A stretch of 64,000 bases of DNA from Callorhinchus milii (GCF_018977255.1 NW_024704742.1:85934001-85998000); one strand, 5' to 3'. Shown: positions 11,952 through 25,650, counted from the first letter of the stretch. Made by a program: numbers and translations. Notes: generated from the letters alone by a model not told the origin.

Positions 11952-12783
11952 GTAAGAGGAAAGGAAATGGAAAATGTATCACTTTGACTGTACCTTCAGT
12001 CATCTATTCCCTTCCCTCCCTGCATGGGCTGCCACTCCATCTCTGTAAAGAGTTTTGTAATGTTTAACGGGGTGAAAAGCGCTTTGAAAGTACAAGCTGT
12101 TGTTGTGTAGAGCACTTCTTGTCCTTGGGGTGGGAATGGGTAGTTTGTTTTTTTATTTGGTTTGAAATGGTGAAAGGATAGAGCAGGGATCACACAACCT
12201 ATTGAGCTGTGCCGAGCCAGGCTTCATTGCATTTCTCTGCCCTGTACTTCAGCACCAAGATGCAACGTGTTGCTGGAGCTCACTGTTTCATTACCCACTA
12301 CTCATTTCTTCCCTCATCTCTTTTATGACTAATGGTTGCAGGTATCTCAACAGAGGAGGGAAACATAGCCCGTCCCCCCAAGATCTGGTGGATATTCTTA
12401 TTAGGGCTTGTGTGTAGCATTTTCATATTCCCCAAGAGGAAAAAAAGTAGTGGTTTTGTGTCCAGCTGTGGACCATATTTTTTAAAAAATGCTTTCTTAC
12501 TCTTTCTCCCCGATTTCCTTTGTGGGAGATAAGTGGTCACTAACAATGTGGAAAAGAGGGATTATCGGGGGGGGTGGGGGTAGGTAAACTGGAAACCTCC
12601 TAGACAGAGAATTGAATTGTTTGTTACTACAGTGAGTTTTTAATGTTCCTCTCGTTCCTTATAAATGTTCTTCATTTCTGTTCAAACAGATGAGATGAAT
12701 AAGGGTTATTCCCGCAGGATATCATTGTGGTGAGGTAATCGGCGGCTCAATGTCTGTAATTATGAATTCTCTCTGTTTTTCAG

Positions 12784-12893
12784 ATCCATTGTTTTAATGT
12801 GCTCCAGAGGCACACTCAGCGGTGACATTGACAGCATTTCTGAAGCATTAGTACCTCTGGGTACAGCCAAACCTGCACAGCTTCATAAGAAAG
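12784..12893 (+). CDS. CEMIP2: CEMIP2 coding exon
   Basis: tttcag|A..G|gtttg; SIVLMCSRGTLSGDIDSISEALVPLGTAKPAQLHKK (TMEM2 SIVLLSTRG...LVPLGLAKPAHLYDK). Confidence 0.88.
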
Positions 12894-15339
12894 GTTTGCC
12901 ATTAATCTCCTATTTTGCCTGCAGTCAAATTCTGTATTCTGAAATCAAATTGTGGAGTCCTGTTAGTGGTTAGAGCATTCGTTGGGTAAGTTTTGTTACT
13001 CCACAGATTGTTATATTATTCTGCTCAATGTATTATAGAAATTTTTAATACATTGAGCAGAATTCTATCCACCTCTATCTCTTTGTGTCTCTCTCTTTCC
13101 TCTTCCTGCCTCTTTTGCTTGGCTGATTAAGGCCTCCTGCTCGTCCCTCGTCCCCTCCACCCCACCTACCATCAGCTTTCGTGCTTTCAGCCACTACACC
13201 CCGAAACTATGGAACTCTCTCCCTCAATCCCTCTGCCTTGCCCTCTCTTTCCCCGTCTTCAGATCACACCTTCCTCTTCGACCGTGCTTACGGTAACCTC
13301 CTCCCTCCCCCCGGCTCAGCGTCAAGTGCTCCGAGACGTGGACGTTATATAGCATGAAGGGTGCTATATAAATGCAAGTTGTTGTTCTTATCTCTCTCTA
13401 AAACCTCTCTCTCTCTCTATCTATTGCTTGTCTAATCTTTTCCGTCTGATTTCAAAATTCATGAATGCCTTATTTGGCCATAATCTGGGACACTATTTGT
13501 GGTATATTTTAATAATGACCTTCAATGATAATTGACCTGTGGAAACTCTCCTCAGAGAGGAGTTCCTACTGGTCAGTATGATGTTCTCTGGTTACTGCTC
13601 CCACCTCCCTGTGGACTGAGCCAGTGGCGGTGGAGTGTTCCTAGTCACTGGGACTGAAGATCTTACTCATCTCCTCATGCTTGTGAGGACACTGCTCATT
13701 TGCTGGTCACCCAGGTGTGCCTTCGCAATGGGATATGTGAAGTTACGCTGATGGATGTCGGCTCATGCTACTGACAGGCCTTCAAGATGGAGTTGCCTCA
13801 CTCTGTCATCTCAGAATAACAGGGAGGCACTGATGTTGACATTGCTCACTGTGGCTGTATGACTTGCCCAATATTGGGCCACTTCAAAGAGATGGGATTG
13901 CAGTGGGATATGTAGAAATTCTCTGGCTTGTAACCTGGATGACAGTAAAAGAACATGAAGATGTTCTCCGTGTCTGACATAGTGTCCTACAGTGTATGTG
14001 TGTGATTGAATGTTTAGTCTCTCTCTGAAGAATGAATTGGAGAATAACAGTGAAACTGAAAATTGCGAGCACCAGTTATGATTGAGACCCTGGACCAGGA
14101 AAGACTATTCTTTGAGCATGTCAGGTCACTCAGATCCATTTAGTTTCGGTGCTAATACCACGTAGCAACAAAATCACACTTGAGTCAATATGCTTTGTAT
14201 TGCTCTAAAAGAATTTGAGAGGGTTGCTTCAAAATCATTGCATCAGATTACTTCAATTTGTTTTAAAGGGATTAAGATACTTTGGGCTCTTCAGATTGGA
14301 AGGTTGGGCAAAATGTACAATTGCATTGATGGGACATTTTCCACAGTACACATGGATATTCTGTGGAGTGAAGATGTCACTAACATGGCTTGCTGAAATC
14401 CTAGTGGCAATACTTAAGCAAAAGCTTGACCCATTCAGGTCACAGCTGTGGAAGTGTTGATAGTTTCTCACACAGGAGGAATGCAATCCCAAGCCTTAAC
14501 CAAACGCAATGGCAATCATGGAAAAAGTGCCAGGAACATTGTGTCCTCTTTTGATCTCCTGAAATCAACTGCAATAAGAATTTACTGCATTATAAATGAG
14601 GCTGAATTAAGTGGTTTAGTAAATTGCCTCTAATCTTTGTTAAATATTCAGCATTAGAAAGCTATTATTTGCTTATTTGTAGCTAACAACGGGATAACAA
14701 ATCCACCAAACATTTTACATACAAGGACAGTCAGTGCTGAAAAGGACAAGAGCCATTGTTGTGTGTTAGTGGATGAGAAGTTACTTAAAATCAAAGCTGG
14801 GGGGGACATTGGAGCTTATATTTGTCTCTAGTTCATTAAAAACAATCATAAAAAACACCTTAACAAACATATCTTAATACAGACAAAATTCCATGAGTAC
14901 CGGCATTCCTAAATGAGAGTTTGTCCTCGAGAGTTAATTTGACCCTGGTGAAACTATAGCCTATGTGGAGTAGTTTGCTTGTGTAATGACGTGCTGCAGT
15001 TCTCTTGCTTTCTACACGGCTACCGCTCATGCCCGAGCCACAATGCTGGCACATTTCACTGGATCCTCCAACTATACGACAAAGCACCTTAAGTAAAACC
15101 CACTCAAATGGTGGTAACTGAGCAGGACGGAACCCAGCTGATTTCTTTCTTTCCTCCCACAAATTATTTAAAAATAAGAGCATAGGATTTCCTTTCCTAG
15201 GATTGGAAAGATCTCAAAGTGCATAACTGTGGCTCACCTTTTAAACTTGCAGTATTTTTTTCCAGGGAGCGTATCAGCTAACTGGGTCCAGGTGTATTTG
15301 CCACCTGCTCATGTAACTATGAGCTCTTTGGTTTTACAG

Positions 15340-15539
15340 AAAGCATCGCCTTCTTTGGATACAAGGGCGAATCCAAACACTCCTGGACTCGGCTACACAG
15401 CAGCACTGCAGGGCAGGGGCTGGGACACCTGGAAAAATACATTCCATTACAACTGGAAGAATATGGCTGCACTAAGGTCAAGAAACCCCAAAGAAAAGAC
15501 CGGGAGCTTTACACAAAACTTTACGGGCTTGCTGTCTGA
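15340..15539 (+). CDS. CEMIP2: CEMIP2 terminal coding exon
   Basis: ttacag|AA..; SIAFFGYKGESKHSWTRLHSSTAGQGLGHLEKYIPLQLEEYGCTKVKKPQRKDRELYTKLYGLAV*, TGA at 15537-15539. Confidence 0.9.
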
Positions 15540-15652
15540 ATAAATGTGACCTAACTTATTTTATTTATGCTGCTTTTTACATCTTTCCTACGATTTTGAC
15601 TAAATGGTTTCCTTTCTATGTAATATATGTATATGAACCTAACCTTTCTTAA

Positions 15653-15658
15653 AATAAA
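15653..15658 (+). terminator. Candidate proximal polyadenylation signal of CEMIP2
   Basis: AATAAA ~115 nt after the stop, in an AU-rich UTR. Confidence 0.35.
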
Positions 15659-18317
15659 GATACAAAACAACAGGTTTTATGGTGCTCTCTGACCAGTTAT
15701 TATATTAGATTCAGAAATGTAATGGTACAGCTGTATTTATTTGAAACCTGTCCTGTTCAAACGATTGAGGGTTTTATGCACAAGATGTGCATAAAACCCA
15801 TGGTTTACATTCAATATTTTATATTCAACAGTACAATGAAGCTGGATGGTTTTGCTGTTGCAGACTTTCAATGTGAGATTGTCTCTCCCAATTTCTACCA
15901 AAATGTTACTTTAAAAAGAAAGTAAATTAACCCTAACGCTCTTTCTCTTTGGTCCGAGGAACTTAAAAGGAATGTGCTGGATGATGAAGAAGGGTAGAGT
16001 ATTTGGTTCTATCTGGCTGAAAAGACCCTAACGGACTGACTGACCCAGTTATATACCTGACCTTCAGCAGTTGAATAGTGCAAGTACTAGTAAAAGCTCC
16101 TCAGGAGAAAAAGTTGTCTTGTGACAGGCAATTCTATGTACATCATCCTCCACAATAATTGTTCCGACGTGTTAATGAGAAAGAATCTGAACTTCTCACT
16201 CTTATGAAGTTAAGTGAATTTTACTGATTAAAAAACTGGTTGAGCCCATTTGATCTCATTTCTTGCAGAATACTGACCTCACCATCTTCCAATTGAGGAG
16301 TGAGATTATTATTAAGTCCAGTGCCTTTGGCTTGATCCACCCTTCTATTAACACTTAAATAGCCTGTGTAAAGAGATATTTCTTATGTTCAAAATCTGGC
16401 CTTCACAATCATGAACCTGGGATCTCTTGTTCATAAAACAGTGCAACATTGACAAGGGATCAGAAGTGATACAGAACTGTGCTCCTGGGAAAATGTGCTG
16501 CTTCAAAATTTTCCAATAACAACTTGCATATATGTAGTGTCATGTCCATCCATGTAAGCAAACACCAATTCAAGGTAGTTTGAGTAATTCACTTTTTAAT
16601 CAACATTATCCAACAATAATAAAGATATATGAACACATTTCTTGGAAAAATATATCAAAGTGAAATGTTTACAGCACAGCTAGGCTTGTGCGAACCCATT
16701 GACTTTAACGTTTTAGACTGGCAGTGGTGCAGCATTTGTGTTGCATATGCTGCTCCATTGAGTGAAAGGGTGCAGGGTAATTTAATCAACAATTCTGAGC
16801 CAAGCTGCTGTAGTGGAGGGCAGCACTGCACTTTACAGGGAGAGGTGGTCTCAGTCGTTCACATGAATTTCATAGCAACAAGTTTATTGGCAAACTGTGG
16901 AGGACACTATTCCCCCCACCACCCCCTTGCTGAGGATGGTGTGTAGTGCAACAGGACCCCAGTCTGAGGGTAAAGGCAAAAAACATTTTAAAGTGACCAA
17001 TCCTAAAACAAGTGATATTGTCTTCTCTACTTCAATGCCGTACCCTCACAGGCTACAAGGAAGGGCAGAGAGGAATCCATGGACTATTTTACAATCTTAG
17101 GAATGATACAATCAGAACTGATAACAATGAATTTTATTTAAATTATTTGCTTCCTATTTTCTGTCATCTCTTTTTACAGTGTTTGAATCGCCCTCTGTTG
17201 ATTAATTTAAGGGGGAATGGACAAACCTGCATTTGATGTGAAGTGAAAAGCAATTTTAAATACTAAGTATATTATATATGTAGAAAAAAAACTCCTTTTG
17301 TTGATCAGTCAAAAAATTAAACTTATGCAACAATGAGAAATTAGAATCTCTGGCAGTGTAGTCTCACGCTCAAAAGACAAAATGAGGGAGGAGATGCTGC
17401 AAGAAAAAGGCTTGATCAGGAACAATTGGACTTGTGATGCTATCCGTCCCCTTGGGATATTTGTTAAAAGTGGTTTTAGAAAAATCTTGGAATGAGAATT
17501 GGAAAGATCACTGTGTTCTTCTCCTCAGCCTATTGAGTAGTTGAAACCACAACAAACCGAATTGGATTTTAAAGAGTTTTTGCTAAAAATCAATGCAAAA
17601 AAACCTCTGGCAGTCTTAAGTTACCAATCTGGGCGAGCAGATGAAACAGACAAATGTTAAAGCCTGTTTTCCATTTTATGGTTGTGGGCAGGGTCTCTAC
17701 AGATACTTCAGATCAGCAGTGAATGCTACTTTCTAACCAGATTTACTTTATTCTCGTGTAAGTTTCCTGGAATTGTGCAATCCATTGTGAAATGTCTCAG
17801 TGTGCAGAAGGTAGCACGTTAGAATCGACTCAAAAAACATTAGATCACCAGTGGAGGTTGTGTTTGCAATTAAACATTTTAACGCCTCATTTATACTGCT
17901 GAAAGGTATTTGAAAAGCAAACAGCACTTATATTTCCTGTTCCTAAATTGCTCTCAGTGGGAACTGAGAAAAGCTCTGCTAAATGGCGCTGAACTCTAGG
18001 TAACTCTTGAATGTTATGAAAGACCTGGTTAGTTGCATGACCAGTATTTTGATAACAACAAGACGGTTGAGGGTGGTGCAAGTTTTAAAGGTTATGGGTT
18101 TGAAATCAAACTTGCGTTGAATCATCTGCAGGGACACAGATCACTTTTCTCAAGTTGCTTCTGCCAGGTAATGGGTCTCCAGTGTGATTTGCTTCCAGCT
18201 TGATTTCTAATGAGCTTTTAATACTGATTCGGTGTCACTGTAGTACAAAGAGGACTTTCATGGGTATTTTGTTCTAAAGTAGTACTTAAAGTAATTTGTA
18301 TATATAACAAGTCCTTT

Positions 18318-18323
18318 AATAAA
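18318..18323 (+). terminator. Candidate distal polyadenylation signal of CEMIP2
   Basis: AATAAA preceded by TGTA elements and followed by a GT/T-rich tract, at the end of a ~2.8 kb repeat-poor stretch. Confidence 0.4.
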
Positions 18324-18720
18324 CTGTGACGCCTTTCTGTTGCTCTCAAAATACTCCACTTTAAAATAGGTTAAAAGGACCATTTAAATAACCCATGCAT
18401 AAACATTCTGTTTTTTGCAAAGCTGTCTTGCTGAAAATAATCACATTTGGTATGAAAATGACACTGAGTTATTAAATGGCCAGCACCAGGATGTAAATAT
18501 TTGAAGATGTATAAAAATTACAGTTAACATTTAATCTTTTTTTAAAAAAAGAGACTTCTCCACATAACAGAGCAGCTAACTAACTTCCACTGAATTAATT
18601 TATAAGATAAACCAAAAAATACGTAATTTCTATCCAGATCTATCTACACATAATGCCTATGACAATGTTCGATAAAATCTGGTACTTTGCATATAAATAG
18701 ATCTGATGGACTCAAATACT

Positions 18721-18726
18721 TTTATT
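18721..18726 (-). terminator. Candidate polyadenylation signal of the TBC gene
   Basis: TTTATT on + (AATAAA on -) ~300 nt downstream of the TBC stop. Confidence 0.35.
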
Positions 18727-19026
18727 GTTCAATATTTGATATTTGAGAAGGTATGTTGCAAAGAGCTATTTTGTAATTGAAGAATGCTTTTAAATTCAGA
18801 CTTTGCTTGAATAATAAAAAGCTTAATGTGCTCTAGAAGTGGAAAGTACTATTTGCAATCAGTCAACAACCGATTGGACTCAAAAATACAATGTAAACAT
18901 CAAAGAAATGCTGCAGTTTGGGGGTTCGTGTGTGAATTATGTGATTTGCTCAAGCCCCTCAGATATTTATGATAAATATATTCTCGCTGGCTTGATCTGA
19001 GTTGAACTGCGATTGCTATAGTTCTG

Positions 19027-19186
19027 TCAGGAAAACAGATTCATCAACTTAAAACTAAATAAGCCCCTTTTTTTCTGTTCCATGCTGCTTTTCTTGAAAC
19101 AGTCTAACACGGACTTGTTGCAGTAACTGAAGAACACTTCCTCTGCTCTTTGAAGAACACTGTTTAAATCCAGTTTTCCCTGTAAA
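19027..19186 (-). CDS. TBC-domain Rab-GAP, exon 10 (terminal)
   Basis: ttttag|T..; SLQGKLDLNSVLQRAEEVFFSYCNKSVLDCFKKSSMEQKKRGLFSFKLMNLFS*. Confidence 0.85.
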
Positions 19187-19589
19187 CTAAAAGTAGAGAA
19201 ATGGTGTGTAACAACACACTGTGATTTCATAAACCAAGACATCATTTAATTTCAGAAAGAGGAGCTTCTCCCAATGTCCTAGTCAACAATCCTGCAGACA
19301 GAATTGGACATTCAATTTGTAGGTTTTTGTGGGGCATTATTATGGACATACTTGCTGTCACATTCACCTACAAAATATAGTCATTGTACTTTATATCCTG
19401 TGAAATGCTTTGAGATGTCCTACTGACTTGAAAAGCGTTATAACAAATGCAAATGCAAAAATATTAGGATTATTGTTTGGCAACCTGGTGTCAGCTTGGC
19501 TTAATTGCTACCCTGGGTCAGAAAGTTGTGGGTTCAAGTTCCATATCTAAGACAACACTCCAGTTGTGGGAATACTGCATTGATGGGAG

Positions 19590-20063
19590 TAATAATAATA
19601 ATAATATTAATCCTTGCATTTGATATAGCGCTTTTCACGTTGGGAGGACGTCCCAAAGCGTTTCACAGAACACACTGTAAAGTGAATTGACTGTATATTT
19701 GTGGGTGAACGCGGCAGCCAATTGCGCACAGCAATAATAATAATAATAATAATAATCCTTGCATTTGATATAGCGCTTTTCATGTCGGGAGGACGTCCCA
19801 AAGCGCTTCACAGAATACACTGTAAAGTGAATTGACTGTATATTTGTGGGCGAACGCGGCAGCCAATTGCGCACAACAATGTCCCACAAACAGTCGTAGA
19901 TTGAAAATGACCAATTTATTATTGTTTTTGGTTTTGGAGGGATTATTATTAGGCTCTGTGTGGAGTAAGGAAACTTGCCCAAGGTTTCGCCCTCTGCCTG
20001 GAATTGAACTCAGGTCTCTCGCTTGCAAAGCGAGTGCTCTAACCACTGAGCTACAGGACTCCA
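19590..20063 (-). mobile_element. tRNA-derived SINE with a tandem second 3' segment, inserted into a Deu-domain SINE
   Basis: Tail block repeated at ~19590-19733 and ~19734-19875; head ends GGACTCCAC. Confidence 0.9.
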
Positions 20064-20512
20064 CCATTGTTCGAGTAAGGCATTAAACTGAATTCCCAGG
20101 ACCTATTTCTCAGGTGGATGTTAAAGATCCTGTGACAACCTAGTGTCCTGTTCAACAACTTTCCAGATTAATCAGCCATTTCTATGGCCGTTCGTGGGAA
20201 CTTGCTGTGCATGAAATTTGCCTTTAAAAACAGTTCAGTAATTAACGTAAAGCGCTTTGAGATGTTTCAATGTGATTAGATGCCATAAAAATGTGGTTCT
20301 AGTCCACGTTAGAGGTGAAAACAGGCCCAATGGACCAGGATTCTCCTGAACTTGGTTGTCAGAATTTTTTTTTGTCCCTGGCAATGTTCTCTTTTCCCTT
20401 TGTGCTAAACGCAACTAACTTATTTATCCTTTCCCTGGGAATAATTTTACAGGTGCCAATAGGAGGTATAGATTAAGTCTGAAGAAAAAAGAGGAGCATC
20501 CTTGTGAGTTAC

Positions 20513-20654
20513 CTGTTGGTATATTGGATGAGTTCCACTTCATCCATGCAGTTCAGCAGTGCCTGTCTTTTCTCCAGCAGGATTGCAGCACAGATGAACA
20601 GTTCAAAGGTGTAGTCAGTATTAGCAGAGGGTAATTCAGGCCTAATCTTGCCTT
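20513..20654 (-). CDS. TBC-domain Rab-GAP, exon 9
   Basis: ttgcag|AA..AG|gtaac; EGKIRPELPSANTDYTFELFICAAILLEKRQALLNCMDEVELIQYTN; phase 1-2. Confidence 0.88.
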
Positions 20655-21461
20655 CTGCAATTTCAAAGACAAAAAAAAGTGAAAAAAACAATAATAAGAC
20701 CACTTGAGGGGGTTTGGATTTTTTTTCTAAATGATTATGTTCTTTAAATAGAAGTGTGGTAACACAAAAACAATGTTGGAAATTTTTGCTACTCAAATTG
20801 CACATTTTTAATTTCAGGTTCTTGTTGACGAAAATAAAATACTAAGATACTGCGAATGCAAGGCAAGCAGTTACAAGTGATATCTGTTCAAACGCTCTGG
20901 GACGCTACCCCTCGTGAAGGGTGATATAACAATGAAAGTTGTTGTTTTTAGTTACTATGTTGAGTATTACTTTTTTTACCAGTCTTTCTTTCCTTCTCCT
21001 GAGGATATGTGACCCATTGTTTCCTTTTACTGAGGAAGTTTACAACATCTTTAAGTTTTAAGTTTTCAACATCTCCTCCGGCCACCAATGTGGCCATGAT
21101 TATTGTGTGAACCTTGACTGTGTGTGTGTGTATGTGTGTGAGGGAATCACAGCCAAGCTTGATTCAGCCCTCCTGTAAAGTTCTCCCACACATTTTCTAG
21201 CTTCGTCCCTTGATATCAATCAGAGATAGGAACGCTGGCTGACTGTCCCCACCCTGTCTCAGCTGGACTCGGTCCAATTGCTGCACTGGCTGAGAGCAGA
21301 GTACTGGGACAGCCCAATGGCGTAATGGACAGTTTATGGACCACAAGGACCACCAAATCCTAGTATGTACAGAGTTTGCTGGTCTTGGCCATTGGGGTTT
21401 GGGGTGTATCTTTTCGAGAAGAAATAAATTTAATTATTTATGGCACCTGCATCAGAACATA

Positions 21462-21830
21462 CAACAACAACAACAACAAGATTCCATTTATAAAGCGCCT
21501 TTCACGTCAGGAGGACGTCCCAAGGCGCTGCACAGTTGGGTCATGACCCGAGCAGGGGGGAAATGGTCAGGGTGAGGGGAGGGAGGGAGCGAGGAGGGGG
21601 AAATGGTCAGGGGAGGGAAGGGAGGGAGCGAGGAGGGGGAAATGGTCAGGGTGAGGGGAGGGAAGGGAGGGAGCGAGGAGGGGGAAGAGAGTCGAGAGGG
21701 GAGCTGAAGGCACGGTCAAAGAGAAAGGTTTTGAGGCCGGCCTTGAAGGAGGAAAGGGAGGAAGCAAGGCGAAGGCACTGGGGGATGGAGTTCCAGAGCC
21801 TGGGGGCTGAGAGGCTGAAGGCCCGACCAT
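21462..21830 (-). mobile_element. Young L2 3' end
   Basis: (CAA)n tail + ATAAAGCGCCTTTCACGTCAGGAGGACGTCCC; nearly identical to 49677-50010. Confidence 0.88.
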
Positions 21831-22023
21831 ACTAGCCATACTCCTTACTACCCAGAATTGACACAGCGACTTGAAACTAGTGTCTCACACCACTGCAAGG
21901 ACTGAAGACGTGCAACATATTCTACTAGCTTCATTAAAACAGCAGTGTTTTCTGTTACCTGAGCGCACACAATCTTCTATTTCCACTAAACATTCATTGC
22001 AATCAATTTCGTCGAGCACTCAC

Positions 22024-22172
22024 CCTCTTTTTGAATATGAGACATTCTTTCTGAATCACGTGCCCTTTCTGCCTCCAGTGAATTTAACTCGAGATGATGG
22101 CTGCTGAGGATCTCAAACAGGCGGATTGCCTCGCTGTGCTCAAACTCCCTCTGAAATCCCAGGAGCAACCAT
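22024..22172 (-). CDS. TBC-domain Rab-GAP, exon 8
   Basis: ggcag|A..G|gtgag; RWLLLGFQREFEHSEAIRLFEILSSHHLELNSLEAERARDSERMSHIQKE (TBC RWLL..F.REF motif). Confidence 0.92.
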
Positions 22173-22484
22173 CTGCCAATAAGAAGGACTACGTATAATA
22201 TTTCCAATTAAAAAGGTCTGCTTGCTTCTATATGACCCTCACCTTTACTACAACCAACAATTTGTAGTAACGTTCTAAATTAAGGCCACAACAAGAATCT
22301 GAAAGTCGATCCACTGGGAATATAAAAGAGTAATCCCATTAGGTGGGTTAGATGTTGAATGCAATTGTGATAGTGGCTCACTCTCTGAACCCAGAAATCA
22401 CTTCCTTGTATTTGCTATTGCTGACTGTGATGGAGAGATAATCCACAGATGATTAATTGGACATAATAGTATAATAGACAGTAT

Positions 22485-22805
22485 ATAGAATCATAGAATA
22501 TTACAGCACAGAAGAAGGTCATTCGGCCTCTCATGCCTGTGCCAGCTCTTTTTAAGAGCTACCCACTCATTCCTACTCCCCCACTCTTTCCCCATATGTT
22601 TGCAAATGTTTCCTTTTCAAGTACCTATCTAATTCCCTTTTTGAAAGTTTTTATTGAATCTGTTTCTACCACCCTTTCAGGCAGTGCATTCCAAACTATA
22701 ACAACTCTCTGTGCAAAAAAAATCTCCTCATCTCCCCTTTGGTTCTTTTGCGAATTATCTTGAATCTATGTGCCCTGATTACTGACTCACCTGCCACTGG
22801 AAATC
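22485..22805 (-). mobile_element. CR1 LINE 3' fragment
   Basis: ATCATAGAAT tail, FFAQRVVIVWNALPE-like sequence. Confidence 0.8.
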
Positions 22806-23272
22806 GCTGAGCATTTAATGAGATCTAACTAAGTGTCTTGAGTGGTAAATTGGAACATTTTCTTAGTTCTCACTTGTAAAATACAGTATATCATTAAGTT
22901 GGAAATAGCTTGTACGTACTGTATGACACCAATTTCACCATGATATGCAAGACACAAACCCAATGTAAAGGTTCATCAGAAATCGATTGTAATGGCCTCA
23001 TGAATAATTATCCACTGCTAAACAAAGTGGATAAATTAATCCATTAAGGCACTAGAAGAGAAAGTGTGGTTATTTGGGCACTGATAAATAAAACTCCAAT
23101 CTTAATATCCATTCTAAGCATCTTGTTTAATTCACAAGTAATTGATAAGACTTTTCTTTACTGTACTTGAAAGATAGATTTTCTGCTCTCAGCACTAACA
23201 TTACTGGGTTATTAATTACTGTAAAATCATTGCTCAATTTATTAAAGGGAAATGCTGCTTTTTTTTAATTAC

Positions 23273-23363
23273 CTGTGACAGAAGGTCAGACCATTCATAT
23301 TGTCCTGCAGGAGATGGGTGTGAAGCTCTGTGTCCAGCTCTTTCAGCAGTTGCTCCTCCAGCC
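23273..23363 (-). CDS. TBC-domain Rab-GAP, exon 7
   Basis: tctag|GG..AG|gtaat; RLEEQLLKELDTELHTHLLQDNMNGLTFCH; phase 1-2. Confidence 0.9.
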
Positions 23364-24216
23364 CTAGATACACATGAAGTGCTTTATAGTCAATGAGAGG
23401 CAAAAAACCTACCAGTGAAAGTGAATTGTAAACAAATCAAGTCTTAGCTCAGTTATAAAAAGACCTTATGGAGACAGGTCATGTTAAATTATGCTTCTTT
23501 TATTCTACAGCAGGGTGTGGGGGGGAGGTGTCACTTGGTCGGCAGGGGCTGGTGGCGGGGATGGGGAGGCGGGACGGGCAAGATGCATGGTCAAAGAGGA
23601 AGATCTGGAAGAGGCAAGTCTTAAAGACTCTAGGATGGAGCTCCAGAGAGTGGGAGCAGATAGGCTAAAAGCCGAACCACTGATGGCGGGGTAAATAAGG
23701 TATTAAGCAGGCCGGCCAGTGCCTGTTGAGCAGCGGGAGTGGCTGGAAGGTTGCAGAGGTAGGATCGAGAGAAAAAATTTAGAAATAAATCAAATAAACA
23801 GAAGATAAAATAGAGATAAAGTAAGTCAAAATGTTAAACAAAGTTATATTTTCTATAGACTAGAAAGTTTTTCTTGCCCCGAAATATTTTAAGTTTATTT
23901 CTGTCTACAGGAAAATTCGGATGAGCCGGCAATGCAGTATAATTCTTTTGTATAAAGCATGATATACAAGGCAGAAAAGCAAAGCCATTGGGTAAAACAG
24001 CCACTAGATGGGGTTCAGTGATTTTAAAAAAAAATCCTTAAAATTGTCATTCTTGTACATATTGTAATTATAATGGTGTATGGTATATTCCTCATGAGTA
24101 ATAAAGATTCAATAACACTCAATGGAATATTTCAGTGCTTTGACTACATCTTCTACAAATATCCATATAATTTGTGCTCACAAATTTTTTTGAAACATTA
24201 TCCATTGAATACTTAC

Positions 24217-24363
24217 TAATTTTCCTGATCAGTCCTTCTTCTTTGAAGTCATTAGAAATTTTCTCAAAATAGAAGGTACAGCACCAATAAGCATCAACTT
24301 CAGAGTCTAAAACTTCCAAAAAACGACTGACAAGGTCATTCATTCCTTGAGCGTAACCAACAT
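24217..24363 (-). CDS. TBC-domain Rab-GAP, exon 6 (Gln finger)
   Basis: ttctag|AT..A|gtaag; DVGYAQGMNDLVSRFLEVLDSEVDAYWCCTFYFEKISNDFKEEGLIRKI; YxQ motif. Confidence 0.93.
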
Positions 24364-24834
24364 CTAGAAAATATTTTTAAATGGGATTGAAAAAGTAAAT
24401 CCAGAACAGTTCGTCAGGATGCAGCAAGACAGTATAACAAGAAGACATAGGACTAGCAAAGTGCTATTGCAGGACAGACACCACAACATTTTCCTTTCCC
24501 CAGAGGATAATTAATGACTGGAACATGGAATGCCTGGAATGCCAGGAAGCGTTGTTGAGACCAGGACATTACACTTTAAAAAACAGCTGATGGGAGAATG
24601 GTATGGTTGGTGTTCTGGAAGGATGAAATCAGATGGGCTGAAGGGTCCTCATCATCTGAACTAATTTTACGATCTTGTGAAGAAACTTTCACCTCATCAT
24701 CGTGGTGAAATAAAGGTTAAATCACCTTTAATCCCTTGTAAACTTTATATTTTCCATATTATCACAATTTTAATGAACAAATTATTGTACATTATGTTTT
24801 TTTTGGTTGATGTATTATCACAATATTAATGAAC

Positions 24835-25570
24835 AACAACTTGCATTTAATATAGCGCCCTTCACACGGGATAGCGTCAGAGCACAGTGGCGGAGTCTGA
24901 CAACGAGCCAGTGGGAGAGGGAGTGGGGAGGTGACCATACGCACAATCAAAAATGAAGGTCTTTAGGCGGGATTTGAAGGTGGGGAGTGAGGGGGCAAGG
25001 CGGAAGGATCAAGGGAGAGAGTTGTAAAGTTTCGGGGTATAGTGGCTGAAGGCAAGACCACCGAAGGTGGAGCAAAGGACACAAGGGACAATTAGGAGGC
25101 CGGAGGCAGCAGGTGCTAAGCAGGTCAGATAGATAGGGAGGTGCGAGGGAATTAAGTGATTTGGAAACGAGTGAGAGGATCTTGAAGTCGATCCATTCAG
25201 TGATTGGGAGCCAATGGAACCTGGCAAGGACTGGTGTGATGTGGATACGGAGTTTTGTGCGGGTGAGTATCGGGTGGCAAAGTTTTGAATTAATTAGATT
25301 TTGTGTATGGTGGAGCTGGGGAGACCAGCGAGGAGAGCATTGGAATAGTCCAGCGGGAAATGATGAAGGCGTGGATGAGGGTTTCAGCTGCCTCTGTGAG
25401 ATACGGACAAAGGCGGGCAATGTGGCGGAGGTGGAAAAAAGCATTCCTGGTCAGGGAACAAATGTGGGGTAGAAAGGAAAGCTGGGGATCGAACCTGACA
25501 CCTAAGTTGTGCATGAGTTCGGAAAGTCTGAGGGAGAGCCCGGGGAGGTTGAGGAAATCAGACCCGAATA
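24835..25570 (-). mobile_element. L2 fragment
   Basis: NLGVRFDPQLSFLPHI..AAETLIHAFI, HITPVLARFHWLP..IDFKIL peptides and L2 tail. Confidence 0.88.
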
Positions 25571-25650
25571 AAGTCCTGCAAATGTGGAAACAACACTAAG
25601 GAGTGAATGACAAATGAGGAGGATACTCAATGCTAGAATTACTGCAGTAC

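Noticed and set aside
82..15539. Assignment to CEMIP (KIAA1199), or a call on enzymatic activity
   Set aside because: The C-terminal exons follow TMEM2/CEMIP2 (second GG domain, PLQLEEYGC end); residues implicated in catalysis lie upstream of the window, so activity cannot be judged
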